Source of the DNA: a virus | IMG/VR virus record: IMGVR_UViG_3300032080_000001 | Coordinates: 1-64,000 of that record | Length of the DNA stretch: 64,000 nt | Direction: 5' to 3' (one strand) | Part shown: in pieces, positions 47,283 to 57,242 of the stretch | Position numbering within the stretch: position 1 is the stretch's first letter | How the letters are laid out: each line of letters begins with the position of its first letter | The notes under the pieces: generated by a model | What the model was told of the DNA's origin: nothing | What the model saw: only the letters and a program-made list of their open reading frames with translations | Database searches by the model: none | Position numbers and translations under genes: made by a program

Positions 47283-49883
47283 ATGCGCGTAGTGAGGACG
47301 CTTCCGGGGTGGAAGGACCTGCTGTACAAGCTCTGGAACAGCCGGGACAAGGATGGACTTCACGTCATCGGGTTCGACACCGAGACGCTGGACAGGGGAT
47401 TCCCTGACGTGCAAATCGTCGGCTTCTCGGCCGCGTGGTACGAGTGGAACCAGTTCGGCATCCTGGACAAGAATCGCGCGTACGTGCCGGTCGGCCACGC
47501 CACCGGCGAGTTGCAGATTACACTCGTGGAGGTGGTGCCGGGGCTTAAGGCGTTGCTGGAGGATGGTTCCGTCGAGGTCACGGGGCAGAACCTCAAGTAC
47601 GACGCGAAGGTGGTGCGCCTGCTCGGCATCGAACTTACCGAGAACGTGTTCGATACCCTTATCGCGTCGTGGCTGCTGAACACTAACGGTGTCGGCTCGA
47701 AGCTCCAGGTGTTGCTGGGGGAGGGGGAGCACGGGTTGAAGGCCCTGTCGAAGCACCTCCTCAAGAAGGAGATGACGGAGCTTACTGAGCTTGCGCCGAG
47801 GGAGAAGTATACGCGGGGCGGCGTCGAGTTCGAGACGCTGCGCGTGGACCTGGTCCCCATCGAAGACCAGTACGACCCGGTGAGCGGTGCGCTGGTGAAG
47901 AAGGGCATCGCGAACTACGCGGGTGACGACGCCGAGCGGGTGCTCGACCTGCGCGAACTCTTCAAGCCACAGTTGGACGAGGACCCGAGGACGCGGCGCG
48001 TGTACTACGCCATCCAGCGGGAGTTCATCTTCGTGCTGGTGGACATGGAGTCCTTCGGCGTCGAGCTGGACGAAGACCTGCTGGCCGACATGCGCGTGCG
48101 CATCGAGGCGGAGCTGGTCCTGGTGAAGGAGAGCATGTACCGCCAGCGCCGGGGCGAGGACTTCCCCGCTTTCGCGGACGCGGCCCTCGTCAAGAAGTTC
48201 GTGGAGCAGTGGGACGAGTACGAGGCGCGGTTCACGCTCGGAAAGGACCACCCCAACTACCCGAAGAAGGTGGTGGAGAAGGGTCCGCGCGGCAACAAGA
48301 CCACGTCGCTGGAGCCCGCGTCGAAGGCAACCGTTCGTAAGAACCTTATCGACGCGTTCGGTCTCCAGGGGCACCCGGTCGTGGACAAGGTCCGGGATGA
48401 CAAGTTGCGCCCCGAGGTGAAGATGTTCCCGCACCTCGCGCACAAAATCTTCAACCCCAGCTCGGTCAACGAGCTGAACAAGGTCCTGTTCCAGGAGCAG
48501 GGGTTGGCGCCCATCGGAGAGCGCGGCGCGAATGGCCTGTTCTCCACGAAGGCCGAGTACGTCGAGGTCTGGAAGAACTACGGCGACCCGCTGGCGAAGG
48601 AGCTGGACCGTCTCCGGGAAATCGACAAGCTGCGCGGCACGTACCTCGTCGGCATGGTGGCGCTGCTCTCGGCCGACCGGCGCCTGCGCGGGCGCATGAA
48701 CCAGGGCGGGACGCGGACCGGGCGGCTCTCGATGTCCGACCCGAACCTCCAGAACCAGCCGAACAATAAGGAGTTCCCCATCCGCCAGTCGTTCGTGGCG
48801 ATGGGGCTCACGGCTTCCGCCGTGACGATTCACGACTGGTACCTGGATGACAAGGGGAAGAAGACGAAGCCGAAGCACCTAACGGTGCAGGCGCTTGCCC
48901 CGGACGACCCGAAGCATCAGGCGTGGACCGCGCGCACTGGTGTCGTGCTCGACGGCGGCTACGAAATCCGGGAGAAGCAGGTCGTCCGCTGGTGGGGCAC
49001 GCGTCCCCCGTACGTGCTGTTCGTGGGCGACTACTCGCAGCTGGAAATCTGCCTGCTCGCGCACGAGTCCTCTGACGAGAAGCTGGTGACGGCCGTGAAG
49101 GAGGGGCAGGACATCCACGCGCTGACGGCGCAGGCGGTGTTCGACGCCATCCCGAAGACGATGTCTCTGGAGGACGTGAAGAAGAACTTCCCTGACCTGC
49201 GCAAGAAGGCGAAGCCCATCAACTTCGGCATCCTGTACGGGATGGGGCCGCAGAAGCTTGCGGGGACGCTCGGCATCTCGGTGGAGGAGGCGAAGGACAT
49301 CATCGAGAACCGCTACATGAGCTTCTACGTCGGCGTGGCGCGGTGGATTCAGAAGATGCACACCTTCGCCGTTGCGAACGGGTTCGTGACGACGGCAGTG
49401 GGGAGGAAGCGGCACCTGCCTGCCGCGCAGTTGCCGAGAGACGGTGAGACGTTGGGGTACAAGAACTCCATGCTCATCTCGAAGGCGAAGCGGCAGGCGC
49501 AGAATACTCCCATTCAGGGACTCGCGGCGGACCTGGTCGCGCTCGCGATGCGTGACCTCCGGCGGCGGTTCAAGAGCCTGGTGATTCAGGACCTCGCCTC
49601 GGAGATGCTGGTGGGAGCGAACGGCGAGCAGCCTACGCCGATGCCGGTGACGCTTCCTGGCCTGACGCACTGGGGCGCGGGGCCGGACGAGCTGTGGGGC
49701 AACTGGGTGCGCTCCCTCCTCCAGGTGCACGACGAGCTGGTGCAGGAGGCCCACCCCGCCGTCGCGAACTGGGTTGCGACGGAGTCGGTGGAGCTGATGG
49801 AGAACGCCGGGGGTATGTCGCTACGCGTCCCGATTCACGTGGACGCCGCCCTCGGTACCGATTGGTTCCTGACGAAGGAGTAA
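47283..49883 (+). CDS. polA: DNA polymerase family A with 3'-5' exonuclease
   Basis: FDTET, NLKYD, TGRLS..PNLQN, DYSQLE, KPINFGILYG, NTPIQG and VHDE motifs. Confidence 0.95.
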   Translation: MRVVRTLPGWKDLLYKLWNSRDKDGLHVIGFDTETLDRGFPDVQIVGFSAAWYEWNQFGILDKNRAYVPVGHATGELQITLVEVVPGLKALLEDGSVEVTGQNLKYDAKVVRLLGIELTENVFDTLIASWLLNTNGVGSKLQVLLGEGEHGLKALSKHLLKKEMTELTELAPREKYTRGGVEFETLRVDLVPIEDQYDPVSGALVKKGIANYAGDDAERVLDLRELFKPQLDEDPRTRRVYYAIQREFIFVLVDMESFGVELDEDLLADMRVRIEAELVLVKESMYRQRRGEDFPAFADAALVKKFVEQWDEYEARFTLGKDHPNYPKKVVEKGPRGNKTTSLEPASKATVRKNLIDAFGLQGHPVVDKVRDDKLRPEVKMFPHLAHKIFNPSSVNELNKVLFQEQGLAPIGERGANGLFSTKAEYVEVWKNYGDPLAKELDRLREIDKLRGTYLVGMVALLSADRRLRGRMNQGGTRTGRLSMSDPNLQNQPNNKEFPIRQSFVAMGLTASAVTIHDWYLDDKGKKTKPKHLTVQALAPDDPKHQAWTARTGVVLDGGYEIREKQVVRWWGTRPPYVLFVGDYSQLEICLLAHESSDEKLVTAVKEGQDIHALTAQAVFDAIPKTMSLEDVKKNFPDLRKKAKPINFGILYGMGPQKLAGTLGISVEEAKDIIENRYMSFYVGVARWIQKMHTFAVANGFVTTAVGRKRHLPAAQLPRDGETLGYKNSMLISKAKRQAQNTPIQGLAADLVALAMRDLRRRFKSLVIQDLASEMLVGANGEQPTPMPVTLPGLTHWGAGPDELWGNWVRSLLQVHDELVQEAHPAVANWVATESVELMENAGGMSLRVPIHVDAALGTDWFLTKE

Positions 49884-49887
49884 GACG

Positions 49888-50247
49888 ATGGTGAAGCGTA
49901 TGGATGGGGGTGCGGGGGAGACTGTGGTGCCGCGCATCCAGCCGGGCACCACGGTGACGTGGACTTCCCAAGGAGGAAGCCACCAGAAGGAGAAGACGGG
50001 GACTGTGCTGGGGTTCGTCCCGGCGTGGGTGAACGCTCGGTACCTCGCGAGCGCGGAGTTCGCCGCGCTGCCGCAGCACACGCCCCGGCGCCGGTTCGAC
50101 GGACTCACTTCGGCGGTGGACCGGTACATCGTGGAGGTGCCGCGTACCGGCGCCAAGGGGCAGGCGCTCCCCGCGTATTTCTACGCGCCGCTGGCGGACG
50201 TGCTGGAGCGGCAGAACAAGGACAAGGTCACTCTGGAGGTAGGGTGA
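49888..50247 (+). CDS. hypothetical protein
   Basis: clean ORF; PGTTVTWTSQ..G..KEKTG.V SH3-like pattern. Confidence 0.6.
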   Translation: MVKRMDGGAGETVVPRIQPGTTVTWTSQGGSHQKEKTGTVLGFVPAWVNARYLASAEFAALPQHTPRRRFDGLTSAVDRYIVEVPRTGAKGQALPAYFYAPLADVLERQNKDKVTLEVG

Positions 50248-50549
50248 TGGCTTCCGCCTCTAAGACCGCGCGCGTGCGGGAGATGCTGAACCATCCCAAG
50301 CATCACCCGAGCGACCGGGACCGCGTCTCCGAAGAGTTGCGGGAGCGCACAGGCAGCGTGAACGACGGACGGCCCCTGGTGGTGTTCCTGTACATGCTGC
50401 TCCGTGACCACGTGCTGCCGGGCGACATCGAGAAGATGATGCGCGGCCTGTCGGACGCCGAGGCGCGGGGCATCCACGCCTTCGAGTTCACGAACGGCCA
50501 CCTGGCGCGCTACGCCCAGGACCTCGCGGACCGCCTGGAGGGCGAGTGA
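50247..50549 (+). CDS. hypothetical protein
   Basis: TGATG coupling, GGAGG Shine-Dalgarno. Confidence 0.6.
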   Translation: MASASKTARVREMLNHPKHHPSDRDRVSEELRERTGSVNDGRPLVVFLYMLLRDHVLPGDIEKMMRGLSDAEARGIHAFEFTNGHLARYAQDLADRLEGE

Positions 50550-50800
50550 CCGTCCACCCGTACGACCACGACTACTACGAAGGGCTCGCGCACAACAACC
50601 AGGGGTGCAACCGCCCGCCACCGGGCTGGTGGTGCTCCCGCGAGCCCGACCACGACGGACCGTGTGCGGCGCGGCCAGTGCCGCCCAAACCGAAGCCGCC
50701 GGGGCTGGTAGATGTGCGGGACTACGGTGCGCCGGTAGGCGGATTCCCGTGGCTGCTGCTCCTGGTCGCCGTCGCGGCGCTCATCCCTTCCTGTTCGTAA
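50546..50800 (+). CDS. small protein with C-terminal membrane anchor
   Basis: C..WWC..H.GPC motif and hydrophobic tail. Confidence 0.5.
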   Translation: MTVHPYDHDYYEGLAHNNQGCNRPPPGWWCSREPDHDGPCAARPVPPKPKPPGLVDVRDYGAPVGGFPWLLLLVAVAALIPSCS

Positions 50801-50807
50801 GAAGGCC

Positions 50808-51134
50808 ATGCGCAAGAAGACCTACAGCATCGACTACGACGACACCTTCACCTCGGACCCGGACGCGTTCACGGACATCGCGAACGTCCTCCGGAACCGG
50901 GGGCACGAAGTCATCATCACGTCGCAGCGGTGCGAGAAGTACGAGGCGGACATGCGGAAGGTCGTTGGCCAGACCCTTCCCATCGTGTTCGCGTCCGGGA
51001 TGAGTAAGGAGGCCGCCGCGCGTCTTCACGGCTACGCGGTGGACGTGTGGATGGATGACGTACCGTGGTCGGTGGACAACGCGCGGACGTATGGCGGCTG
51101 CGTCGGGGAAAGCTGGCCGACGAGGCACGTATGA
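50808..51134 (+). CDS. minimal HAD-superfamily phosphatase
   Basis: IDYDDT, IIT.QR, K and WMDD motifs. Confidence 0.75.
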   Translation: MRKKTYSIDYDDTFTSDPDAFTDIANVLRNRGHEVIITSQRCEKYEADMRKVVGQTLPIVFASGMSKEAAARLHGYAVDVWMDDVPWSVDNARTYGGCVGESWPTRHV

Positions 51135-51391
51135 CGCTCGCAGACGCGGAAGGCACCGCTCTCAACATCGGGGCGGACGTGGCCTTCTACTTCGCGGACG
51201 CGGAGGTAAAGCGGGGAACGGTTGTCAGCCTGTCTCAGTCGGTGTGGGAGCATCGACACGGCCTGTTTACCGGGGACGCGTATATCGTACTTAAGCCGGG
51301 CGGGAAGAAGTACAAGCGGCGCGCGAGCACAGTCATCGTGCTTTCTCCCCAAGACGCCGGACGGCGAGTAGACGCGACAGGGGACCGGTAA
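51131..51391 (+). CDS. hypothetical protein
   Basis: ATGA overlap; D..G..L.IG..V pattern. Confidence 0.5.
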   Translation: MTLADAEGTALNIGADVAFYFADAEVKRGTVVSLSQSVWEHRHGLFTGDAYIVLKPGGKKYKRRASTVIVLSPQDAGRRVDATGDR

Positions 51392-51402
51392 GAATGTACC
51401 CC

Positions 51403-51431
51403 TTGACAAACAGCCGGTGAAACGTTACATT
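51403..51431 (+). promoter_or_regulatory. sigma70-type promoter
   Basis: TTGACA-17-TACATT. Confidence 0.7.
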
Positions 51432-51441
51432 CGAGCTTGTC

Positions 51442-52869
51442 ATGGATGAACAGACTCTTATCGTAGACCGGCACCTTTGGGTGCATGAGAACCACCCGCT
51501 CGCGGCGAGTATCCGCAAGCGGATGGTTTTCGCGAATCCGGTTTACGAGAACGCCCAGCGGGCGGGGCGGCGTGTGCCGGACGGCGTGGAGAAGGAAATC
51601 GTCCTGTACGAGAAGGTCGGGGTGTACTACCGCTTCCCGCGTGCACTGGTCCACAAGCTACGCGACCGGTTTCCCGTAGTAGACCGGACGGTCGTGGGAG
51701 AGGCAGTGGACATGCCGGTGCTGGTGTCCCCGCGTGACTACCAGGTCGGCGTGCTCGACACCGTGGAGACGGCGCTCCGCGCCAACTACGGCACCGTGAT
51801 GCAGGCAGAAGCTGGGTGGGGCAAGACCATCGGGTCGCTCATTCTGGCGTCGAAGCTCGGGCGGAAGACACTCATCATGGTCCACAAGGAGTTCCTGATG
51901 ACCCAGTGGGTCGAGCGAATCCTGGGGACCGAGGCGGGTCGTAAGAAGCTCGGGGTCAAGGCGAAGCCGAAAGAGGTGCTCGGTCCCGCTCTCGGGTTGG
52001 ACCCCGATGAGGTGGGCATCGTGCAGCAGGACCGCGTCGAGTGGCGCGGAAAGAAAATCGTGGTGGCGATGGTGCAGAGTCTCGCGGCGCGCGAATACGA
52101 AGCAGAGTTCTACGAGAGCTTCGGGCTCATCATCACCGACGAGACGCACCGCGCGGCGGCCCCGACATTCCAAAAGGCTATCACGCTGTTCCCGGCGGCG
52201 AAGCGGCTGGGGGTGACGGCGACGCCGAAGAGGAAGGACGGGTTGGAGGACATCTTCTTCTACCACATTGGCTCCATCTCGGCGCGGGGCAAGGTCCCTC
52301 GGGTCACGCCGCGCATCCAGGTGGTGAAGATGCCGGTGGCGCCGACGCCGGAGGAAGAGAAGAAGATGAAGCGGTTCGGGAAGTGGGACAACGTGCGGGT
52401 CATCGACTACATCACAACCCACCCCTCCCGGAACGCGAAGCTGGTGCAGCTGCTTCTCCAGGCGGCGAGCAAGGGCCGCAAGATTCTGGTACTCTCCGAG
52501 CGGCGGGCGCACCTGGAACTGCTCAAAGAAGAGTTCGTGACGGCCGCGCAGGCGCAGGAGGCTCCGTATTCGACCGACTTCTACGTCGGCGGGATGGACC
52601 TCACGGCGCGGACGCGGGCCGAGCAGATGCAGGTTCTCTTCGCCACCTGGCAGATGGCGGAGGAGGGGCTGGACATCGCCAGCTTGGACACGCTGTTGAT
52701 GGCGACTCCGCGCACCGGCATCGAGCAGGCCGTAGGGCGCATCCAGCGCATCAAGGAAGGCAAGAAGACGCCGGTGGTCGTGGACCCGGTGGACAACCAT
52801 ATCCCGCCGCTCAAGAAGCGCTACGACAAGCGGGACGACGAATACCGTAAACTCGGGTGGGCAGCATGA
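51442..52869 (+). CDS. SF2 DNA helicase (UvsW/XPB-like)
   Basis: RDYQ, AGWGKT, DETH, TAT, EGLD and QAVGRIQR motifs. Confidence 0.88.
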   Translation: MDEQTLIVDRHLWVHENHPLAASIRKRMVFANPVYENAQRAGRRVPDGVEKEIVLYEKVGVYYRFPRALVHKLRDRFPVVDRTVVGEAVDMPVLVSPRDYQVGVLDTVETALRANYGTVMQAEAGWGKTIGSLILASKLGRKTLIMVHKEFLMTQWVERILGTEAGRKKLGVKAKPKEVLGPALGLDPDEVGIVQQDRVEWRGKKIVVAMVQSLAAREYEAEFYESFGLIITDETHRAAAPTFQKAITLFPAAKRLGVTATPKRKDGLEDIFFYHIGSISARGKVPRVTPRIQVVKMPVAPTPEEEKKMKRFGKWDNVRVIDYITTHPSRNAKLVQLLLQAASKGRKILVLSERRAHLELLKEEFVTAAQAQEAPYSTDFYVGGMDLTARTRAEQMQVLFATWQMAEEGLDIASLDTLLMATPRTGIEQAVGRIQRIKEGKKTPVVVDPVDNHIPPLKKRYDKRDDEYRKLGWAA

Positions 52870-53513
52870 CCGCACCTGCCGTAAGTCTTAACCTGTACGA
52901 ACAGAGCGTTCTTCAAGACCTCGACCTGACAGCTTCCGAACTGGAGAGCCTACTCTCCCGGATGGACAAGGACGTGGTCGGGGAGTCGCTACCGATGAGT
53001 ACGGCGGCCATAGCGGACGCGTACCGTCACGCGCACTACGCGGAGAAGTACGCCAGCGAAGCGAAGGGCCGCATTCGAGTCGAATTGCTCGCCCGGCTGG
53101 GCGCAGGGAAAGAGGACGCGAAGGGCACGGTCGCCTTTCAAGGTTCTACGGCCCGCATCGAGGCTCGACCCCGTACGGCCGCAAAGATGGACGAGGCCGC
53201 GATGACGGCCCTGCTCCAGACGAGGGGGCTGTACGACGAGGCGACCGACGAGACCGTGGCGGTGAACGTGGCTGGGCTCCTCGACGCCATGAGGATGGTG
53301 ACGGACTTCCTCGATAGTAAGGGTCTGGACACGGCGGCGCGGATGCTGAACAACGCGCTCACCGCGAACCTGACCATCACGAAGACCGTCAACGAGAAGA
53401 AGGTGGAGAAGCTCGCTAAGGCGGGCAAGTTGGACCCTCAAGAGGCGGCGGCGTGCTACACGACGACCACCACCTATGCTCTGTACGATGTGACGCAAGG
53501 CTCAACCCCATGA
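52866..53513 (+). CDS. hypothetical protein
   Basis: coupled ORF, helical. Confidence 0.6.
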   Translation: MTAPAVSLNLYEQSVLQDLDLTASELESLLSRMDKDVVGESLPMSTAAIADAYRHAHYAEKYASEAKGRIRVELLARLGAGKEDAKGTVAFQGSTARIEARPRTAAKMDEAAMTALLQTRGLYDEATDETVAVNVAGLLDAMRMVTDFLDSKGLDTAARMLNNALTANLTITKTVNEKKVEKLAKAGKLDPQEAAACYTTTTTYALYDVTQGSTP

Positions 53514-54127
53514 CCCCCCTGACTATGACCCCACGAAAGCGCAAGAAGTCCGAGCGGGAGCTTGCGCGTAACATCGAGTACCAGAAGGAGTACTACGCCG
53601 CCAACCGCGACGAACTCCTCAAGAAGAAGAAGGAGCGGTACCAGGGTGACCCCGAGTACCGGCGCGGCATCAAGGTGCGGGCAAAGCGCAAGCGGTGGCT
53701 GGAGGAGAGGCCGGAACAGAAGGAGTTCCCGCCCTTCGGTATCCTGGCCGAGCTGGAGCCGAAGGGCTCCATCGAGGTGAAGGTGAAGGACCGCCACGAC
53801 GCCCGCCACGGTCAGACCGTCTCGGTGCCCGTCTTCTCGACCGGCGCGGTGGCCGAGCTGCTCGGCCGGGCGCCGGAGGTGCTTCGCCTCTGGTGGAAGC
53901 GCAAGCAGATTCCCGAGCCGTACCACCGGGGTTCGATGGTCCCGGAGAACATGGTGAAGGGGCGCAACCCGCGCCTGTTCACTCTGGACGAGATGCGGGC
54001 CATCGACAACGTGAAGGAGATGCTCAACCTCCCCAGCCGGGGGAGCAGCCACGCGCTGTTCTCGGACAGGCTGACGGAGGAGTTCGAGAAGATGGACCAG
54101 GGTCTCTACCAGGTCCCGAACGCGTAA
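53510..54127 (+). CDS. MerR-type HTH DNA-binding protein
   Basis: FSTGAVAELLGRAPEVLRLW...IP.P...R.FTLDE; basic N-terminus. Confidence 0.7.
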   Translation: MTPLTMTPRKRKKSERELARNIEYQKEYYAANRDELLKKKKERYQGDPEYRRGIKVRAKRKRWLEERPEQKEFPPFGILAELEPKGSIEVKVKDRHDARHGQTVSVPVFSTGAVAELLGRAPEVLRLWWKRKQIPEPYHRGSMVPENMVKGRNPRLFTLDEMRAIDNVKEMLNLPSRGSSHALFSDRLTEEFEKMDQGLYQVPNA

Positions 54128-54188
54128 GCGTTCGTAAGAAGACGCACTCCGAGGGGTTCTTACGAGCCCCTCGGTCGCTTTCTGCCCC

Positions 54189-54226
54189 TTGACAAGTGCC
54201 GGTGCTACGCCTATACTCTACCGGTA
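54189..54226 (+). promoter_or_regulatory. promoter of the recA operon with TACCGGTA at the start site
   Basis: TTGACA-17-TATACT, then TACCGGTA at 54219. Confidence 0.7.
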
Positions 54227-54257
54227 CACCCGACGAACCCGAACGACGAGAACCTAG

Positions 54258-54581
54258 ATGCCCCCCACTCCGCCCACCGCGCAGACCCCGAAGATTTGGG
54301 TCGAGCGGACCTTCCCGCAGGGCCAGGGCCAGACCTACGAGGAAACTCACCTCGAAGCCCGGACCTTCGCTTCCGTCCCGGCGCGCGTCACCGCCGAGGT
54401 CTCCCGCACCATCAACATGGGGAACTTCGAGTCCATCCGCATCGCGGTGGGCGTCGAGCTTCCGTGCTACCTCGAAGAGGTCGCGGCGGGGCTGCACGAG
54501 GCGTCCTACATCGCCTCGAATTTCCTGGAGGCCGAGAAGGACGCCATCTACCAGGCGCTACAGGGTCCCGGCGGCACCTGA
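54258..54581 (+). CDS. hypothetical phage protein
   Basis: RTINMGNFESIRI.V motif; fills the gap before recA. Confidence 0.65.
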   Translation: MPPTPPTAQTPKIWVERTFPQGQGQTYEETHLEARTFASVPARVTAEVSRTINMGNFESIRIAVGVELPCYLEEVAAGLHEASYIASNFLEAEKDAIYQALQGPGGT

Positions 54582-54615
54582 CCCTCCCGCGTCCATCCCA
54601 AGGAATGAGCGACAC

Positions 54616-55902
54616 ATGGCAAACGCAGTTCAGCAGAAGAAGAACCTCATGGCGGCGCTCGGCGCGGTCAACAAGGCGTACGGGGCGGGCACCATCGCGC
54701 TCGCCTCTCAGGTCGCCTTCGCGCACCTGACGCGCATCCCGACCGGCATCTTCTCCCTCGACATGGAAATCGGGGGCGGCCTGCCGAAGGGACGCTTCAC
54801 GATGGTCGTGGGCGAGGAGGCGACCGCGAAGACCACGCTCTTCCTCTTCATCGCGGCAAACTTCCAGCACACTTGCCGGAAGTGCCTCTCGCCGTTCCAG
54901 TGGTACACCGACGAGGAGGTAGACCCGGCGACGGGCGAAATCCTCAAGCAGGACATGGTCGTGACGGAGGCGTGCGCCTGCGGCGCGAACGAGCCGCACA
55001 CCGTCGCACTGTTCGACTCCGAGGGGCACTTCGACCCGATGTGGGCGGCGAGCCTCGGCGTGGACGTTCCCACGCTCATCGTCATCCAGCCGCAGCATGC
55101 GGAGCAGGGCGTGGACGTGGTCAACAAGCTCCTGCGGACCGGGGAGCTGGACCTCGTCGGCATCGACTCCGTGGCGATGATGACGCCCGGCGTCGAGGTG
55201 GAGGAGAGCGCCGAGAAGATGACGGTGGGCAGCATGGCCCGCATCTGGAACAAGGCTATGCGCACTTTCCAGGCGAGCCTCAACTCGCTCGGGATGAACA
55301 ACCCGAACAAGCCCGCCATCTACATGGTGAACCAGTTCCGTGAGAAGGTCGGCGTGATGTACGGCGACCCGACGACCTGGCCGGGCGGCAAGGGGCAGAA
55401 CTTCGCGTCGAGCATCATCATCTCGATGCGGCGCGGGAAGGCCATCGACCAGAACGGAAACGTCGGGGGCAAGGATGATACGAAGGTCGGGAGTGAGTTC
55501 TTCTTCAAGACCGAGAAGAACAAGGTCTTCCCGCCCCTCAAGAAGGGGTCGTTCAAGCTGTACAGCACCGACGTGCCCGCGCTCGGCGTGCGCAAGGGGT
55601 CGGTGAACAACTTCGAGCAGATGATGGGGTACGCGGTGAAGCTCGGCGTCATCAAGCAGAGCGGGGCGTGGTACGACCTGACTTCCACGTTCGGGGACGC
55701 GTTCAAGAACCCTCTCTCGAAGAACGGCACGTTCCAGGGCCTCGACTCGGTGGTCTCCTTCCTCCAGCAGGACAAGGCCAAGGTGAAGACGGTCAGCGAC
55801 CGCATCCTGGCCGAGGTGAAGATGCAGAATCGGGGTGCGCTGCCGTCGAGCGGAGACGAGCCCGAGGTGGTAGACCTGGTGCCGGACGAGGCGGCGGCTT
55901 AA
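54616..55902 (+). CDS. recA: RecA/UvsX-like recombinase
   Basis: IPTG..SLD..IGGGLPKGR, DSE, LGVD, IDSVA, NQFREKVGVMYGDP..PGG, KNKV.PP and SGAWY motifs. Confidence 0.92.
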   Translation: MANAVQQKKNLMAALGAVNKAYGAGTIALASQVAFAHLTRIPTGIFSLDMEIGGGLPKGRFTMVVGEEATAKTTLFLFIAANFQHTCRKCLSPFQWYTDEEVDPATGEILKQDMVVTEACACGANEPHTVALFDSEGHFDPMWAASLGVDVPTLIVIQPQHAEQGVDVVNKLLRTGELDLVGIDSVAMMTPGVEVEESAEKMTVGSMARIWNKAMRTFQASLNSLGMNNPNKPAIYMVNQFREKVGVMYGDPTTWPGGKGQNFASSIIISMRRGKAIDQNGNVGGKDDTKVGSEFFFKTEKNKVFPPLKKGSFKLYSTDVPALGVRKGSVNNFEQMMGYAVKLGVIKQSGAWYDLTSTFGDAFKNPLSKNGTFQGLDSVVSFLQQDKAKVKTVSDRILAEVKMQNRGALPSSGDEPEVVDLVPDEAAA

Positions 55903-55949
55903 CGGCCGCTCCTCCTTTCGTACGAACAGAGACGAGCAAAGGACGAGCA

Positions 55950-56240
55950 GTGGCGACGACGAACGAAATCCTGATGGCCGCGCTAGAGCGCGAGGTGAAA
56001 GCGGCCCAGGGCAAGCTGCGCACAGCGCTGGGCGAGGGGCTCAAGGAGTACAACGAGCGGTTTTCTTCCTACAACGGCCTTCCCGAGTACCAGCGCGCGC
56101 ACCAGGAGGAGCCGAAGCTGCGGAGCACGGTGGACACGTACATCGCCCGCCTTACTGAGGCGCGGGACTACTACGACCAGGTCATGGAGCAGTACCAGAC
56201 CGCGCGCCACGCGGTCGTACGCGAGAGGAGCACCGTATGA
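55950..56240 (+). CDS. hypothetical coiled-coil protein
   Basis: GTG after AAAGGA; ATGA overlap with thyX. Confidence 0.55.
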   Translation: MATTNEILMAALEREVKAAQGKLRTALGEGLKEYNERFSSYNGLPEYQRAHQEEPKLRSTVDTYIARLTEARDYYDQVMEQYQTARHAVVRERSTV

Positions 56241-57187
56241 CTACGAAGGGCCCCGAGTACCAGGACCTGCCGCTCACGCGAGCTTCGGTGCCCGCCCTGG
56301 ATGACTTGCTCGGCAAGGCGGCTCACGTGGGACCCTACGGGTGGGTGCGCGCGCTCGACTACATGGGAAGTGACGCGGCCGTCGTGGAAGCAGCGCGGCA
56401 GTCGTACTACCAACTGGCGGGGAAGCGCCTGGCCGACGACCGGCACCTGCTGCGCTACCTGATGCGGCACTGGCACACGACGCCGTTCGAGATGGCCGTC
56501 ATCAAGTTCCACGTGCGCGCGCCGCTGTATGTGGTGCGGCAGTGGTTCCGGCACCGGACCGGCTCGTTCAACGAGTACAGCTTCCGGTACAGCGAGGCGC
56601 TGCCGTACATCGAGGAGACCGGGGAAGGAAACTTCCGCCTCCAGAGCACGGCGAACAAGCAGGGCTCGGGCGGCATCCTGGGAGAGCAAAAGAACGCGGA
56701 CCTTACAGAAGCCTCGGCATTCGAGGAGAGCCGGACGGCGTACGCGGAATTACTGGAGGCGGGGGTTGCGCGCGAGCAGGCCCGCAAGGTCCTCCCGATG
56801 GCGCAGTACACCGAGTTCGTGTGGAAGGTGGACCTCCACAACCTGCTCAACTTCCTGCGGCTGCGGCTGGACGAGCACGCGCAGGAGGAGATTCGTGAAT
56901 TCGCGGAAGCGGTCGCGGCCTTCGTTACGGCCTGGGTGCCGCACGCGTGGGAGGCGTTCGTGGACTACCGCCTGGAGTCGATGACCCTCACGCGGCTGGA
57001 CATCGAGGTGATGCAGCATCTCGCTTGGTCGGACGCAGAGAGCGCGATGCAGGCGGCCGAGAAGTTTGGCTGGCTCGTCACGCTTCCGGACGGGTCGTGG
57101 AAGACGGTGCGCGAGCGCAGCGAGTTCGAGGTGAAGATGAAGCGCCTCGGCGTAGGGGTCCCCTGGCTGGAGGGGAGCGCGGCATGA
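56237..57187 (+). CDS. thyX: FAD-dependent thymidylate synthase
   Basis: H.TPFE, RQWFRHRTGSFNEYSFRY, EQAR.VLP and HAQ.EIR motifs. Confidence 0.95.
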   Translation: MTTKGPEYQDLPLTRASVPALDDLLGKAAHVGPYGWVRALDYMGSDAAVVEAARQSYYQLAGKRLADDRHLLRYLMRHWHTTPFEMAVIKFHVRAPLYVVRQWFRHRTGSFNEYSFRYSEALPYIEETGEGNFRLQSTANKQGSGGILGEQKNADLTEASAFEESRTAYAELLEAGVAREQARKVLPMAQYTEFVWKVDLHNLLNFLRLRLDEHAQEEIREFAEAVAAFVTAWVPHAWEAFVDYRLESMTLTRLDIEVMQHLAWSDAESAMQAAEKFGWLVTLPDGSWKTVRERSEFEVKMKRLGVGVPWLEGSAA

Positions 57188-57242
57188 GCACCCCGCGCGA
57201 GGCGGCGGCAGCGGTGTTCTACCTGGACTTCAACTACACGGG

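Noticed and set aside
48801-49010. Intein in PolA
   Set aside because: Too short and lacks the N-terminal Cys/Ser block and the C-terminal His-Asn
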